A stretch of DNA of 63,746 nt from a virus (taxonomy: Duplodnaviria; Caudoviricetes). Below the pieces are notes generated by a model. It was not told the DNA's origin. It saw nothing but the letters and a program-made list of their open reading frames with translations, and ran no database searches. Numbering within the stretch: position 1 is the first letter of the stretch; each line of letters opens with the position of its first letter. The position numbers and the translations under genes were made by a program. The DNA is taken from IMG/VR virus record IMGVR_UViG_3300007734_000746, positions 1 to 63,746 of that record. One strand, 5' to 3'. Positions 27,342 through 35,851 of the stretch are shown here, piece by piece.

Positions 27342-27627
27342 TAGTTTTTCTCCAGTTTTTATTGTTCTTCTCTTTCAACTTGTTTTTGAGGGATTGGTTT
27401 TGGCGCAGCAGTTCACCGATTACACCTAAGTGATCGCTTCTGCGGGCTTCCAGTGTGTCAATGGTGCGCAAGATCAGGCGCTGAAGTTCATCCATGCGCC
27501 GCTTAACCATTTCCTTTTGGTACTCCGCATAGGGGGGGGTCACACCGTCCACAATAACTTTGTCAGGCGCGTGGAAGTTGTCTTTTAGTTCAAACTGTTC
27601 GAACTGTTTAAGTAGGTCTTGTGTCAT
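27325..27627 (-). CDS. Hypothetical coiled-coil protein
   Basis: Start MTQDLLK at 27627. Confidence 0.55.
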   Translation of the reverse strand: MTQDLLKQFEQFELKDNFHAPDKVIVDGVTPPYAEYQKEMVKRRMDELQRLILRTIDTLEARRSDHLGVIGELLRQNQSLKNKLKEKNNKNWRKTNDLYT

Positions 27628-27943
27628 GTGTCTCTTTCTCCTTTGGTTTAAATAAGCCCATTGCAAGGAACCAGTCTTGGAACACATCAGCAGGGCGACA
27701 CGCTAGGTATATGCCTCTGCTATCACGCGCTTTGGATATGGCGGCAACTATGTCTTTCCAATCGTCTTGGTTCATGCCGTAGTGCATGTTAGGTTGCGGC
27801 CCAAAGTTAGGGTACTTCTTATCCCAAGAACCGTTTGCCTTGGCCCCTGCAACAATTGCTTCAAATGTTTCATCCGGCATGTCATACTGGCGGCTAGCGT
27901 AGACCATTTTGTCGGGGTCGGTGGGATGTGGTTTAAGCGGCAT
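27608..27943 (-). CDS. Hypothetical modular-array protein
   Basis: Start MPLKPHP after an AAGGAGAAGAAC junction. Confidence 0.6.
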   Translation of the reverse strand: MPLKPHPTDPDKMVYASRQYDMPDETFEAIVAGAKANGSWDKKYPNFGPQPNMHYGMNQDDWKDIVAAISKARDSRGIYLACRPADVFQDWFLAMGLFKPKEKETHDTRPT

Positions 27944-28187
27944 TGTTCTTCTCCTTGAGAATTGACTCTGCACTGGTTGCAGCTTGAAGTTTAGTAAAGC
28001 AAGATTGATTGATTGCTGAAAAATCTTCCTCTGTTAGCCCTACCCATTTAAGTTTTACGCCTGACAGTTTTAAGTCTGCCCTCATCAGGTCTTTTAATAC
28101 CTGCTCGTCTTCGTCATGCCAGTTTTCAGGATATGCTTGTTTAAATGTGTCTAGCGTATCCCACGCTCGGCGCAGTAAGTTAATCAT
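27933..28187 (-). CDS. Modular-array protein (WVGLT...LKEKN module)
   Basis: C-terminal module shared with neighbours. Confidence 0.65.
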   Translation of the reverse strand: MINLLRRAWDTLDTFKQAYPENWHDEDEQVLKDLMRADLKLSGVKLKWVGLTEEDFSAINQSCFTKLQAATSAESILKEKNNAA

Positions 28188-28573
28188 GTGTTCTTCTCCT
28201 TGAGTACGGCTTCAATTGCACGGGCAAATTCAAATCTGTCTGCGTATGGCATAGTATTGCTGATAGCAAATATTTCCGCATCATCCTTCAACCCAACCCA
28301 CGGGCGTTTGATGCTAAGTGGTAGTAGGTCATGTAGGTCTTTTACATATTGTGGTACATCGCCAACGTGAAGGTTGTTGTCCTTTAAGTTTATGCGTAGC
28401 TTGACTTCGTTGCTGCTGTACAGCTTGCCGTCTTTGTCGTAATACCAGTATGTAGCGTCTTTGAGTCGGGCGTCGTTAAATAACTGTGCAAACTTGTATA
28501 TCTCAGGCGTCATCTGCTTGATGCCAGCTTCAGCGCCAAGCCTATCCAGCTTTTCTATTAGTCGTTCAGTCAT
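28184..28573 (-). CDS. Modular-array protein (RPWVGL...LKEKN module)
   Basis: Start MTERLIEK with AGGAG RBS. Confidence 0.65.
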   Translation of the reverse strand: MTERLIEKLDRLGAEAGIKQMTPEIYKFAQLFNDARLKDATYWYYDKDGKLYSSNEVKLRINLKDNNLHVGDVPQYVKDLHDLLPLSIKRPWVGLKDDAEIFAISNTMPYADRFEFARAIEAVLKEKNT

Positions 28574-28584
28574 TGTTTTTCTCC

Positions 28585-28905
28585 TTACCATTTTGGGTTT
28601 GTTACACGCTCATTCGCTTGCTCCCAAGTCCACTCAGGTCGCATGTGTCGAGTCCATTCGACTCTCGCATGTAGGGCTTGAAGGTACAAGAATTGAGGGT
28701 CTTTTTTCCAAGGTTCCCAGTCTTTCCTTTCTATCATGCCCGCACGAACATCTGCGCAGATGTTGGCATGGCAAGCGCCTCTCCACCAGTTGTCTCCGTC
28801 TCGCTTCTTCAATCCCGATTTGACGTACAACCAATACTTGATTCGGTGTGTGTATGATGCCAGCCTCCGCGCCAGCGTTGCTATTAGTCGTTCAGCCATG
28901 TTCAC
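28585..28905 (-). CDS. Hypothetical Trp-rich protein
   Basis: 106 aa with GGAGG RBS. Confidence 0.5.
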   Translation of the reverse strand: MNMAERLIATLARRLASYTHRIKYWLYVKSGLKKRDGDNWWRGACHANICADVRAGMIERKDWEPWKKDPQFLYLQALHARVEWTRHMRPEWTWEQANERVTNPKW

Positions 28906-29074
28906 CTCCTAATACGGCTACTATATTTTTCCAATCTTCTGATGTTGGCTTCCTACCAAACTCGCGCTCAAAATGTCTGGCGGTTTGGCCGATCCATATC
29001 AAGCGGTTCATAACTTCTTCAGCACCAAGTTCAGCTTCGAGTCGTTTAAATTCCGGTTGGTCTGTGAGTCTCAT
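28892..29074 (-). CDS. Hypothetical protein
   Basis: Start MRLTDQ at a junction repeat. Confidence 0.55.
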   Translation of the reverse strand: MRLTDQPEFKRLEAELGAEEVMNRLIWIGQTARHFEREFGRKPTSEDWKNIVAVLGGEHG

Positions 29075-29253
29075 GCGTTCTTCTCCTTTTCTAAAAAACT
29101 GTCCAGCACATTTTGTTGGTACTTTGCTTGATGTGCCGCTGCTTCCCAAAAACCTATTAGGGCTTGCTGCTCTACTAACCAAGCAAATACGCGCAGTTCA
29201 GGCGTTAACTCGACCCGCGCTTCCTTTGCAAGTTCTTCTACTGGTTTTTTCAT
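29071..29253 (-). CDS. Hypothetical protein (LEKEKN end)
   Basis: Start MKKPVEE, ATGA-coupled. Confidence 0.55.
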   Translation of the reverse strand: MKKPVEELAKEARVELTPELRVFAWLVEQQALIGFWEAAAHQAKYQQNVLDSFLEKEKNA

Positions 29254-29435
29254 GTGTTCTCCTGTGGTGGTGTGCAAGTGTGAATGTTCCATGTGCGTTT
29301 GCCGCATAGGGGACATAAGTTTTGCTTTAGACTAGCTATTGCTGCTTTCTTGCCATCGTAGTAGCCTGACTGGTATGCAATCAGCAGCGCATTGCCATCG
29401 TCTTTGTAGACCTGTGTATCGTCATCTTCATCCAT
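29250..29435 (-). CDS. Modular-array protein with Zn finger
   Basis: AYQSGYYDG; CPLCGKR...IHTCTPPQ. Confidence 0.6.
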   Translation of the reverse strand: MDEDDDTQVYKDDGNALLIAYQSGYYDGKKAAIASLKQNLCPLCGKRTWNIHTCTPPQENT

Positions 29436-29721
29436 TGTTCTTATCCTTTAATATGGCTTCAATGTTTCTTGCGTAAACTGCAATACTTTGTGTTGGCAAA
29501 CCGTTTAAGCGGGGTTGTATTTCCTCGTCCGTCAGCCCTACCCACGGGCGCTGTGGTGGGGTGGTGTTGATGTCAAAGTCAACTCCAGCCCACGCCACAG
29601 GCTCCAGCGCTGGCTGTGCCAAGACTTCTTTAATGGCGGCGATGGCATTGTCAATATCTGCTCTAAATCCTGGCAAATCTTCCAATACCTCCAGCGCCAG
29701 CTTCAATGTTTCACGTTCCAT
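29428..29721 (-). CDS. Modular-array protein
   Basis: LKLALE.LE, LAQPALEPVAW, PQRPWVGLTDEE, LKDKN modules. Confidence 0.7.
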   Translation of the reverse strand: MERETLKLALEVLEDLPGFRADIDNAIAAIKEVLAQPALEPVAWAGVDFDINTTPPQRPWVGLTDEEIQPRLNGLPTQSIAVYARNIEAILKDKNNG

Positions 29722-30409
29722 TGTTCTTCTCCTTCAACTTAGCCACCACAGCTTGAGCAATAATTAAGAAGTCAGCAAAATCAATTTCCGCTTCCGTTTC
29801 ATCTGCTACTTTTGATACACGCCACCATTCAAACCATTCATTATCTGTTGGCTTTAACCACGGGCGCTGTTGTGGGGCGGTGCAGAGCATTTGAACGCGC
29901 TGTCCAGATTTCTCTGGCACAAATTCCAAATCCTCTAATTTGACGATTGACCCATCTTGAAATAGTACAGCCACCGGCTCCTGCGCTGGCTGTGGTGGGG
30001 TGGTGTAAAGGGGAATGCCTCTCGCATATGCTGTTGGGTCTGTTGTTACGCAGGTTTTATTTACGGGATGCAACCAAGCCACAGGCTTCTGCGCTGGCTG
30101 TGGTGGGGCGGTGGCGCACTCTGGAAACTGTGTAAACGCTTTGGTGCATGCATACAAACAAGCCCTGTCGCATAGTGCATCTGGATACATCCACGCCACA
30201 GGCTCCTGCGCTGGCTGCGTTGTTATTTTTGCGGCGAGAAAACATCGCCATGCAATTTCCCTAATTGTGATTTGCTGCCTGCCTATTGCCTCATAAACAA
30301 CGGAAAATTCTTGCCAAAAAGGCCCGACTTTGCTTGCAGCATCTTGGGTACTTGGAATTGCAAGCTCCTGCGCTGGCTGTGCCAAGGCTTCTTTAAGTTT
30401 TTTGCTCAT
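29711..30409 (-). CDS. Modular-array protein with four QPAQE/K modules
   Basis: 232 aa with repeated PAQEPVAW and LYTTPPQ. Confidence 0.7.
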   Translation of the reverse strand: MSKKLKEALAQPAQELAIPSTQDAASKVGPFWQEFSVVYEAIGRQQITIREIAWRCFLAAKITTQPAQEPVAWMYPDALCDRACLYACTKAFTQFPECATAPPQPAQKPVAWLHPVNKTCVTTDPTAYARGIPLYTTPPQPAQEPVAVLFQDGSIVKLEDLEFVPEKSGQRVQMLCTAPQQRPWLKPTDNEWFEWWRVSKVADETEAEIDFADFLIIAQAVVAKLKEKNNGT

Positions 30410-30746
30410 ATATTTCCTTTAGTGTGGCAACGCACACTGCGACTTTGTGTTCGATTAACGCCCAAGGATTGTCTGCACGAAGCAATTGCGCATGCGTCAA
30501 GAATCCTTCGACGAACTTATTGTTCACTTGTATTCGAATCCTCGCAAACTCCATATCCTGCGCCAAGGCTTCTTTGTGAAATTCGTCGCCCCCACAATTT
30601 GAACACGCAAGATAGTCAAGGTCAGCTTCAGACAGCGCTGCTGTAAATTCCTGCGCTCCGCATTCGTTACAAATCCAATTAGGCTCTTGCGCTGGCTGCG
30701 CTAACTTGTCCTGCGCTGCTGCGCGTTTTGATTTGTAGCCTGTCAT
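30393..30746 (-). CDS. Modular-array protein with Zn ribbon
   Basis: MTGYKSK, AQPAQEP, CNECG..CSNCG. Confidence 0.65.
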   Translation of the reverse strand: MTGYKSKRAAAQDKLAQPAQEPNWICNECGAQEFTAALSEADLDYLACSNCGGDEFHKEALAQDMEFARIRIQVNNKFVEGFLTHAQLLRADNPWALIEHKVAVCVATLKEIYEQKT

Positions 30747-30967
30747 GTTGTTCCCCTTGCGCGGATTGTTTCAGCCGCTAGTCTTGGTGTAAATCCACAA
30801 ACCAAACACCCGCCTTTGTCATTTTGTGCAAACTGCACCAATGCAGGCGCGCCTTCAAACATCTGCGCTATTGCCTCACGCTCCTGTGCTGCTACCAATT
30901 CGGCAAAGTGTTCTATATCACCATGCAAGGTTAGCCCGTTAGCTTCAATTAGTTCTTTGTATTTCAT
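30743..30967 (-). CDS. Modular-array protein (AAQERE...IRARGTT)
   Basis: C-terminal module shared with 32226-32483 and 32480-32746. Confidence 0.65.
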   Translation of the reverse strand: MKYKELIEANGLTLHGDIEHFAELVAAQEREAIAQMFEGAPALVQFAQNDKGGCLVCGFTPRLAAETIRARGTT

Positions 30968-31191
30968 GGTCTGCTCCTTGCAATTCTGTGTAACGTATCT
31001 TCAAACGGCTCGGCTGCTACGCCCTTGCCTTCCCACGATTGCCACAGCCCGTTGCGGCGGTCATCAATAGTTAGATTGCCATCAGGACTGTTCGAGAGCA
31101 GTATCCCCATCTCTTTGCAGCTTGCGGTAAACCGCTTGGGTTCTTCCTGCGGCGGGCAGATTGTGTATGTGTATGGTAGTTGTGCCATCAC
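30964..31191 (-). CDS. Hypothetical protein
   Basis: 75 aa, coupled at both ends. Confidence 0.55.
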   Translation of the reverse strand: MMAQLPYTYTICPPQEEPKRFTASCKEMGILLSNSPDGNLTIDDRRNGLWQSWEGKGVAAEPFEDTLHRIARSRP

Positions 31192-31505
31192 AACTCCAAC
31201 ATATCAAGTTGCATAGCAATACGGCGGTCAAGTTCCTCAAGCCCGTTTATAATTGCGTTAAGCCGTTGCGATAATTCAGAGTTGCCTTCACGCTTGGGCA
31301 TGGCTTGGTTGTCTTCTTGCGCCAACTTTGGGTCACGCGATACCACACGCAGCCGGTGTAAAAGCACATCAAATTTCCCGCCGCACTGCTCAACTTGGTT
31401 CTCTATGTGCTGCATAGCGTAAAAAATGTGCGACTGCTTTACTTCGGTTTGCTGGGCAACAGAACCACGCGTATCAAAATATGTTTGTCCAATAATACTC
31501 ATCAC
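31188..31505 (-). CDS. Hypothetical coiled-coil protein
   Basis: 105 aa, coupled to neighbours. Confidence 0.6.
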   Translation of the reverse strand: MMSIIGQTYFDTRGSVAQQTEVKQSHIFYAMQHIENQVEQCGGKFDVLLHRLRVVSRDPKLAQEDNQAMPKREGNSELSQRLNAIINGLEELDRRIAMQLDMLEL

Positions 31506-32149
31506 TCTTCTCCTTCAAGGTTTTCAATGTGTGTCTTCAAGTCAACGATGCGCATTGCTTGTCGTTGGGTAACCTGTTGCTCTGCTGCAAGCTCATCACG
31601 CACCTTGATATACATAGCGCGGTAGTCTTTGCAGTGAGGGCACTCGCGTCCTATGCCGTCCAAGTAGCCGCGCTGGTATGCTGATTCTGGGTCAGTTTCT
31701 TGCTCTTTGGGCAACAACTCAAACAGTTCTGCAACTTGCTCATTTGTAAAAACACCAATGTGTAAGTCAGGAAACTTAACCCATTGGCGGTCTGTGCCGG
31801 AAATATGAATGACGCAGTATTCCTCCGTTTCAAGGCATAGCAACCGATCACCACGGCGGTACTTTTGTGCCACTGGTTGTGGTGTGGTGTACAACGGTTT
31901 GAACGTCCAACCTTCAAGCAAATGCCCTTCTGGGTTTTCGTAATGGATGTCGTCCTCTTCCCCGTACTCGTTGATGGTCATCCACGCAACTGGCTCCTGC
32001 GCTGGCTGTGCCAAATTGTCTTGCCATTCGCCTGGGTGCAGCTTAGGCACATAGCCATAACGCTTACTAACTTTTTTATTTTCTGCTTCAATAAATTCGT
32101 CTATTGTCTTTGCACTTGCCGCTTTCTTTTTGCTTGGATAGCCTGTCAT
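31502..32149 (-). CDS. Modular-array protein
   Basis: MTGYPSK start, AQPAQEPVAW, PLYTTPQ, AYQRGYLDG. Confidence 0.7.
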   Translation of the reverse strand: MTGYPSKKKAASAKTIDEFIEAENKKVSKRYGYVPKLHPGEWQDNLAQPAQEPVAWMTINEYGEEDDIHYENPEGHLLEGWTFKPLYTTPQPVAQKYRRGDRLLCLETEEYCVIHISGTDRQWVKFPDLHIGVFTNEQVAELFELLPKEQETDPESAYQRGYLDGIGRECPHCKDYRAMYIKVRDELAAEQQVTQRQAMRIVDLKTHIENLEGEE

Positions 32150-32229
32150 TTTCCGCAACTCCTACACTTAATTAGTATTGTGTACACGGGACGCTTGCAG
32201 TACACGCAATAAGATTGATAGCCTGTCAT
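32146..32229 (-). CDS. 27-aa Zn-finger micropeptide
   Basis: MTGYQSYCVYCKRPVYTILIKCRSCGK; ATGA-coupled at both ends. Confidence 0.55.
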   Translation of the reverse strand: MTGYQSYCVYCKRPVYTILIKCRSCGK

Positions 32230-32483
32230 GTTGTTCCCCTTTCTATGATTTTTTTAGCTAAAGAAAAACAGCACACATCCCACAGGCCCTCAGTGCCATC
32301 ATCGGCTGCATCGTTGCACAACTTGGCACACGCCTCACGCTCGGCTTCTACTGCTCGGCGTATTTCAGCTTCTATCCCAGCCTTAGACCACAGAGACAAT
32401 GGGCCTAATGCAGCCGCCACTTGCGGTAAGTAATGAGGCTTTGCAGCCAATTCACGCAGTGCCATTTCTTCTTGCTCGTTCAT
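32226..32483 (-). CDS. Modular-array protein (EAEREACAK...RGTT)
   Basis: Shared module. Confidence 0.65.
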   Translation of the reverse strand: MNEQEEMALRELAAKPHYLPQVAAALGPLSLWSKAGIEAEIRRAVEAEREACAKLCNDAADDGTEGLWDVCCFSLAKKIIERGTT

Positions 32484-32746
32484 GTTGTTCCCCTTGCGCG
32501 GATGGCGGCTGCGAGTCCATCTAACAACTCAACTCCCTCAGTTCCACCGATATATCCCCACAATGCGTCACGCCGATGTTCTTCAGTTGGCTCAATAAAC
32601 TTAGCGCATTCCTCACGCTCATCAGCACGGGCTGCTGCTGCTACCAAGTTGGCAAAGGTTTCAAATCGGTTTGGCTCATCATCTTCTAATGTCCAGCCGC
32701 TGGCCCAATCCAAGTCAGCTTGCTTTGCTAGTTCAATAATGTTCAT
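32480..32746 (-). CDS. Modular-array protein (EREECAK...IRARGTT)
   Basis: Start MNIIELAKQ at the junction repeat (32746). Confidence 0.65.
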   Translation of the reverse strand: MNIIELAKQADLDWASGWTLEDDEPNRFETFANLVAAAARADEREECAKFIEPTEEHRRDALWGYIGGTEGVELLDGLAAAIRARGTT

Positions 32747-32756
32747 GTTGTTCCCC

Positions 32757-33011
32757 TTAGTGTTCATACCAAACAGTAACCTGACCATTTTTTTCAATAG
32801 CATTTATCAATTGTGTAAAGGGATTTTTTGTTCCTTCTTCCATAGTTGCCGCCATGCCACGTAGTGTTGAAATGTTGTCAATTCCAAACGTATTTGGTAA
32901 AGGCATATCAGCACGTTCTAAGCACGCTATAAACCACGAAGGCGCAAGGACATGCAAACTTTTTTGTTTTACATTTACTTTAACCGGTTCCCAAAAAATT
33001 GTTGCGCTCAT
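32757..33011 (-). CDS. Hypothetical protein
   Basis: 84 aa with GAGGAG RBS. Confidence 0.6.
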   Translation of the reverse strand: MSATIFWEPVKVNVKQKSLHVLAPSWFIACLERADMPLPNTFGIDNISTLRGMAATMEEGTKNPFTQLINAIEKNGQVTVWYEH

Positions 33012-33175
33012 AAAATCTCCTCTATCTGCGGGTGTTTAAGCGCCTGTGCATAAACTTTTGCGCGTTCGTATGCGTTGTCGCCCATAAACAATTCTGCGTA
33101 TTCCCAATCAAAAAACCAAGATTTAGTTTCAACAACCCAATATTGTTTTGGGTGTAGTCGTAGTCGTACTCTCAT
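33008..33175 (-). CDS. Hypothetical protein
   Basis: Start MRVRLR. Confidence 0.5.
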   Translation of the reverse strand: MRVRLRLHPKQYWVVETKSWFFDWEYAELFMGDNAYERAKVYAQALKHPQIEEIL

Positions 33176-33396
33176 CACTTCCCCCAAATAAGTAAGCACA
33201 CAACCCACACACAAAGCACCACCGTCATCACGGTTAGCAAACCCTTGAACGTGTCGGCAATGTCCTCGTAAGGGTCATCCAGTTGTGCGTCTTTGTAGCC
33301 GTTGGCGTAGGCATCATTGACCTCTTTAATACGCTGCTTGCGTACAGGGCAGTCTTTACCTTGTTCGCATTGACCGTTTGCGTTACAGCAGTTCAT
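33175..33396 (-). CDS. Small Cys-rich membrane protein
   Basis: MNCC...G.C.QGKDCPVR; C-terminal transmembrane helix. Confidence 0.65.
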   Translation of the reverse strand: MNCCNANGQCEQGKDCPVRKQRIKEVNDAYANGYKDAQLDDPYEDIADTFKGLLTVMTVVLCVWVVCLLIWGK

Positions 33397-33488
33397 AGTG
33401 GTGCATCCTCGTAGTTATCGGGGTTAACGGGTATCCGCTTGTAGGGCTTGTCAGGTAATGGCGTGGTGGGAAAGGGCCATGTGTTCAT
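33393..33488 (-). CDS. 31-aa Pro-rich peptide
   Basis: MNTWPFPTTPLPDKPYKRIPVNPDNYEDAPL; AAGGA RBS. Confidence 0.5.
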   Translation of the reverse strand: MNTWPFPTTPLPDKPYKRIPVNPDNYEDAPL

Positions 33489-34679
33489 TTAGTTTCCTTT
33501 CACGCAGAGTACCTGCTTTAGTTGGTGGACAACTTCAACAAGGTCGGTTTGGTTTGCCATTACTTGGTCGATGTCTTTGTAGCTGGCTGGGATTTCGTCG
33601 ATGACGCCCTCGTCTTTGCGGCACTCAACTCCCACTGTTTGTGCCACCAGATCACTGAGGCTAAACCTTCTCTTCGCTTCGGCACGCGACATGCTGCGAC
33701 CTGCGCCATGTGAGCAAGAGCAGTAAGACTGAAGGTCTCCCTTGCCTCGGACGATGTAGCTTCTTTGTCCCATGCTGCCCGGAATAATTCCCAGATCACC
33801 TTCTCGGGCTCGTATGGCTCCCTTACGAGTAACCCACATATTGCGCCCAAAGTGATTTTCTCTTTCGACATAGTTGTGGTGGCAGTTGATTGCTTCCTGT
33901 GTGATGGTGAACGGTTTGTCGATGCGCTGCTTCATAGCTTCAAGCACTTCAGACATCATGCGGCGGCGGTTTTCAAGCGCATAGTTCTGCGCCCAGCCCA
34001 CAGCGTACATGTAGTCATCAAAGTCCTCGGTGTTCTCAGGGAAGTACGCAAGGTTGTCATCGGGTAGCGTGATAAAGAACTGCTCCATCTGGCGCTTGGC
34101 CTTGGCAATGTAGTGCGTACCAATCATGTTGCCGATACCACGGGAGCCCGAGTGCAACATTATCCAAACGTCTTGGTTCTCGTCGATGCACACCTCAATG
34201 AAGTGGTTGCCCGAACCGAGGGAGCCCATCTGACTTGCTGCCTTGGCGTGGAATTTATCGTAGTCGCCCTTGTACAGTGGGTCGATGACTGTGCGCGTCA
34301 AGTCGGGGGTTAGCTCCCCAATGTCCGTGCTGTCATCGTGCGCTCCACCTACGCCCAGCGGTACGCGCCGTTCAATCTCATCGCGCAAAGGCTTCAAGTT
34401 ATCAGGCAAATCACTGGCCTTGAGGGATAAGCGCACAGCGTTCATGCCGCACCCTATATCGACACCCACAGCGGCGGGAATGACTGCACTTTCCGTGGCG
34501 ATTACTGTGCCCACAGTGGAGCCAATGCCCGCGTGTACGTCAGGCATACAGGCCACCCCATTGCTATTGATAAACGGCAGGCGGGCAAGGTTCTTTAGCT
34601 GGGTTAGGGCTGATGCTTCCACCTCGTCCGTCCAGATTTTGATAGGGCGTGCGCCCTCGTCTTGGATTACTTGTTTCAT
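33489..34679 (-). CDS. rtcB: RNA ligase RtcB
   Basis: MPDVHAG, PAAVGVDIGCG, GSLGSGNHFIE, HSGSRG, HHNY, PGSMG, SHGAGR and DEIP..YK motifs are all intact. Confidence 0.97.
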   Translation of the reverse strand: MKQVIQDEGARPIKIWTDEVEASALTQLKNLARLPFINSNGVACMPDVHAGIGSTVGTVIATESAVIPAAVGVDIGCGMNAVRLSLKASDLPDNLKPLRDEIERRVPLGVGGAHDDSTDIGELTPDLTRTVIDPLYKGDYDKFHAKAASQMGSLGSGNHFIEVCIDENQDVWIMLHSGSRGIGNMIGTHYIAKAKRQMEQFFITLPDDNLAYFPENTEDFDDYMYAVGWAQNYALENRRRMMSEVLEAMKQRIDKPFTITQEAINCHHNYVERENHFGRNMWVTRKGAIRAREGDLGIIPGSMGQRSYIVRGKGDLQSYCSCSHGAGRSMSRAEAKRRFSLSDLVAQTVGVECRKDEGVIDEIPASYKDIDQVMANQTDLVEVVHQLKQVLCVKGN

Positions 34680-35053
34680 TTGACCTCCACATCAGGGATG
34701 ATTGCTGACGGTTTGAATACCACGCGATAGTGGTACACACTGGCTGGCTTGGCTTCCAACTGCTCAACAAAATACGTCACGTTGTCGGACAGGCCAAGGA
34801 AGTGCTTCTTGTAGCTATTCGGCCCCACCTTGCAAGTGATGGAAAGTTCCCTGCTTTTGTCCCAGTTGCCCAACGCACACAAGCCCTCGACAGTCAACAT
34901 GTAGTCGCCAGTGATTCCGTTGTAGAACACCACACGGCGTGTGATTTCAAATTGGTCTGCTGCCTTGGACATGTTTTTCGAGGCAATATCTGCATCCGTG
35001 GAACAACCCGCAAGTGCTGCTACGGCAGCGGTAATAGCAATAAATTTTTTCAT
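34676..35053 (-). CDS. Phage lipoprotein
   Basis: Signal peptide with LAGC lipobox; AD..S.N.SKAAD.FE..RR.VFYNGIT..KKHFLGLSDNVTYFVEQ. Confidence 0.8.
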   Translation of the reverse strand: MKKFIAITAAVAALAGCSTDADIASKNMSKAADQFEITRRVVFYNGITGDYMLTVEGLCALGNWDKSRELSITCKVGPNSYKKHFLGLSDNVTYFVEQLEAKPASVYHYRVVFKPSAIIPDVEVK

Positions 35054-35295
35054 TTGGCACGCTCCTTAAGCATGGCATCTGCCATCTTGAACGCAAACCT
35101 CGCAACCGCCAAGCAGTCTAGGTCTTCGTCTGTGCGTATTGACTCCATGATTGCCGGGTAAAACATGGTCGTCATCGCTTGCCCCGCAAAGTGGTCACGC
35201 AAGGTCATGTCCCTTGCAAAGCCGCCTGTCTTGATGTGCCAGTCGGTGTACTGTTTGGCGTATGCGCCTTCCATAACTATCGGTTCGTCTTTCAT
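35050..35295 (-). CDS. Conserved phage protein (MTLRD.FA..AM...ADAML..R)
   Basis: Motif recalled as widespread in proteobacterial phages. Confidence 0.7.
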   Translation of the reverse strand: MKDEPIVMEGAYAKQYTDWHIKTGGFARDMTLRDHFAGQAMTTMFYPAIMESIRTDEDLDCLAVARFAFKMADAMLKERAK

Positions 35296-35660
35296 TTCAG
35301 TTCTCCTTTAGGTTTGCTTACGGGGTAACCATCATCCCACTCTTGCGCAAAGGGGTCAAAGTCAGGCTTCGGGTAAATAAAATTGCTGTCGGTTATGTTT
35401 TTCTCTTTCAGATAAAACTCCATTGCAATAAGGTACGGGTCAAATAAAGGCAGTGGAGAAGTGTCGTTATAGTAGTACGTTGGCTTACTCTCATCCACCG
35501 AGGTAACTGTCCTACCACCAACAACGTGGTGAAACTTTGTTTGTTGCATTTTTATTTTGTAGCCCTCTGCCTGCGCCACTGCCAGCTTCAATTCTATGGA
35601 ACCAATAGGTATATGCCTTACACCCATAGTTTCTCCTTGGGTAATTAGCTTGTGTCTCAC
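35292..35660 (-). CDS. Hypothetical protein
   Basis: Up to 122 aa; alternative ATG at 35627 with AGGAG RBS. Confidence 0.55.
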   Translation of the reverse strand: MRHKLITQGETMGVRHIPIGSIELKLAVAQAEGYKIKMQQTKFHHVVGGRTVTSVDESKPTYYYNDTSPLPLFDPYLIAMEFYLKEKNITDSNFIYPKPDFDPFAQEWDDGYPVSKPKGELK

Positions 35661-35851
35661 TTGTACTCCTCCACACGCGCATTAAGCCGCGCAATCCGGT
35701 TGACGTTGTAGTCCACGATGCTTTGCGCATACTCGACTGCTGTCTCGGCTTCCAATTTTTCCAGGTGGGCGTGTGCCAGTTCAGCGGCAATCACTTCCAA
35801 AGGGGTTGGCCTTTTGAATGGCTCTTTAAGTAGCGCTAATAGTTTTTTCAT
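35657..35851 (-). CDS. Hypothetical helical protein
   Basis: PTPLEV.A.EL..A.L..LEA.T..EYA.S.V.YN..RI.RL. Confidence 0.65.
   Translation of the reverse strand: MKKLLALLKEPFKRPTPLEVIAAELAHAHLEKLEAETAVEYAQSIVDYNVNRIARLNARVEEYK

Noticed and set aside
27900-32800. CRISPR array or DGR formed by the dispersed repeats
   Set aside because: Repeats are in-frame coding or RBS modules with irregular spacing; no cas operon, no reverse transcriptase and no A-specific TR/VR pair seen
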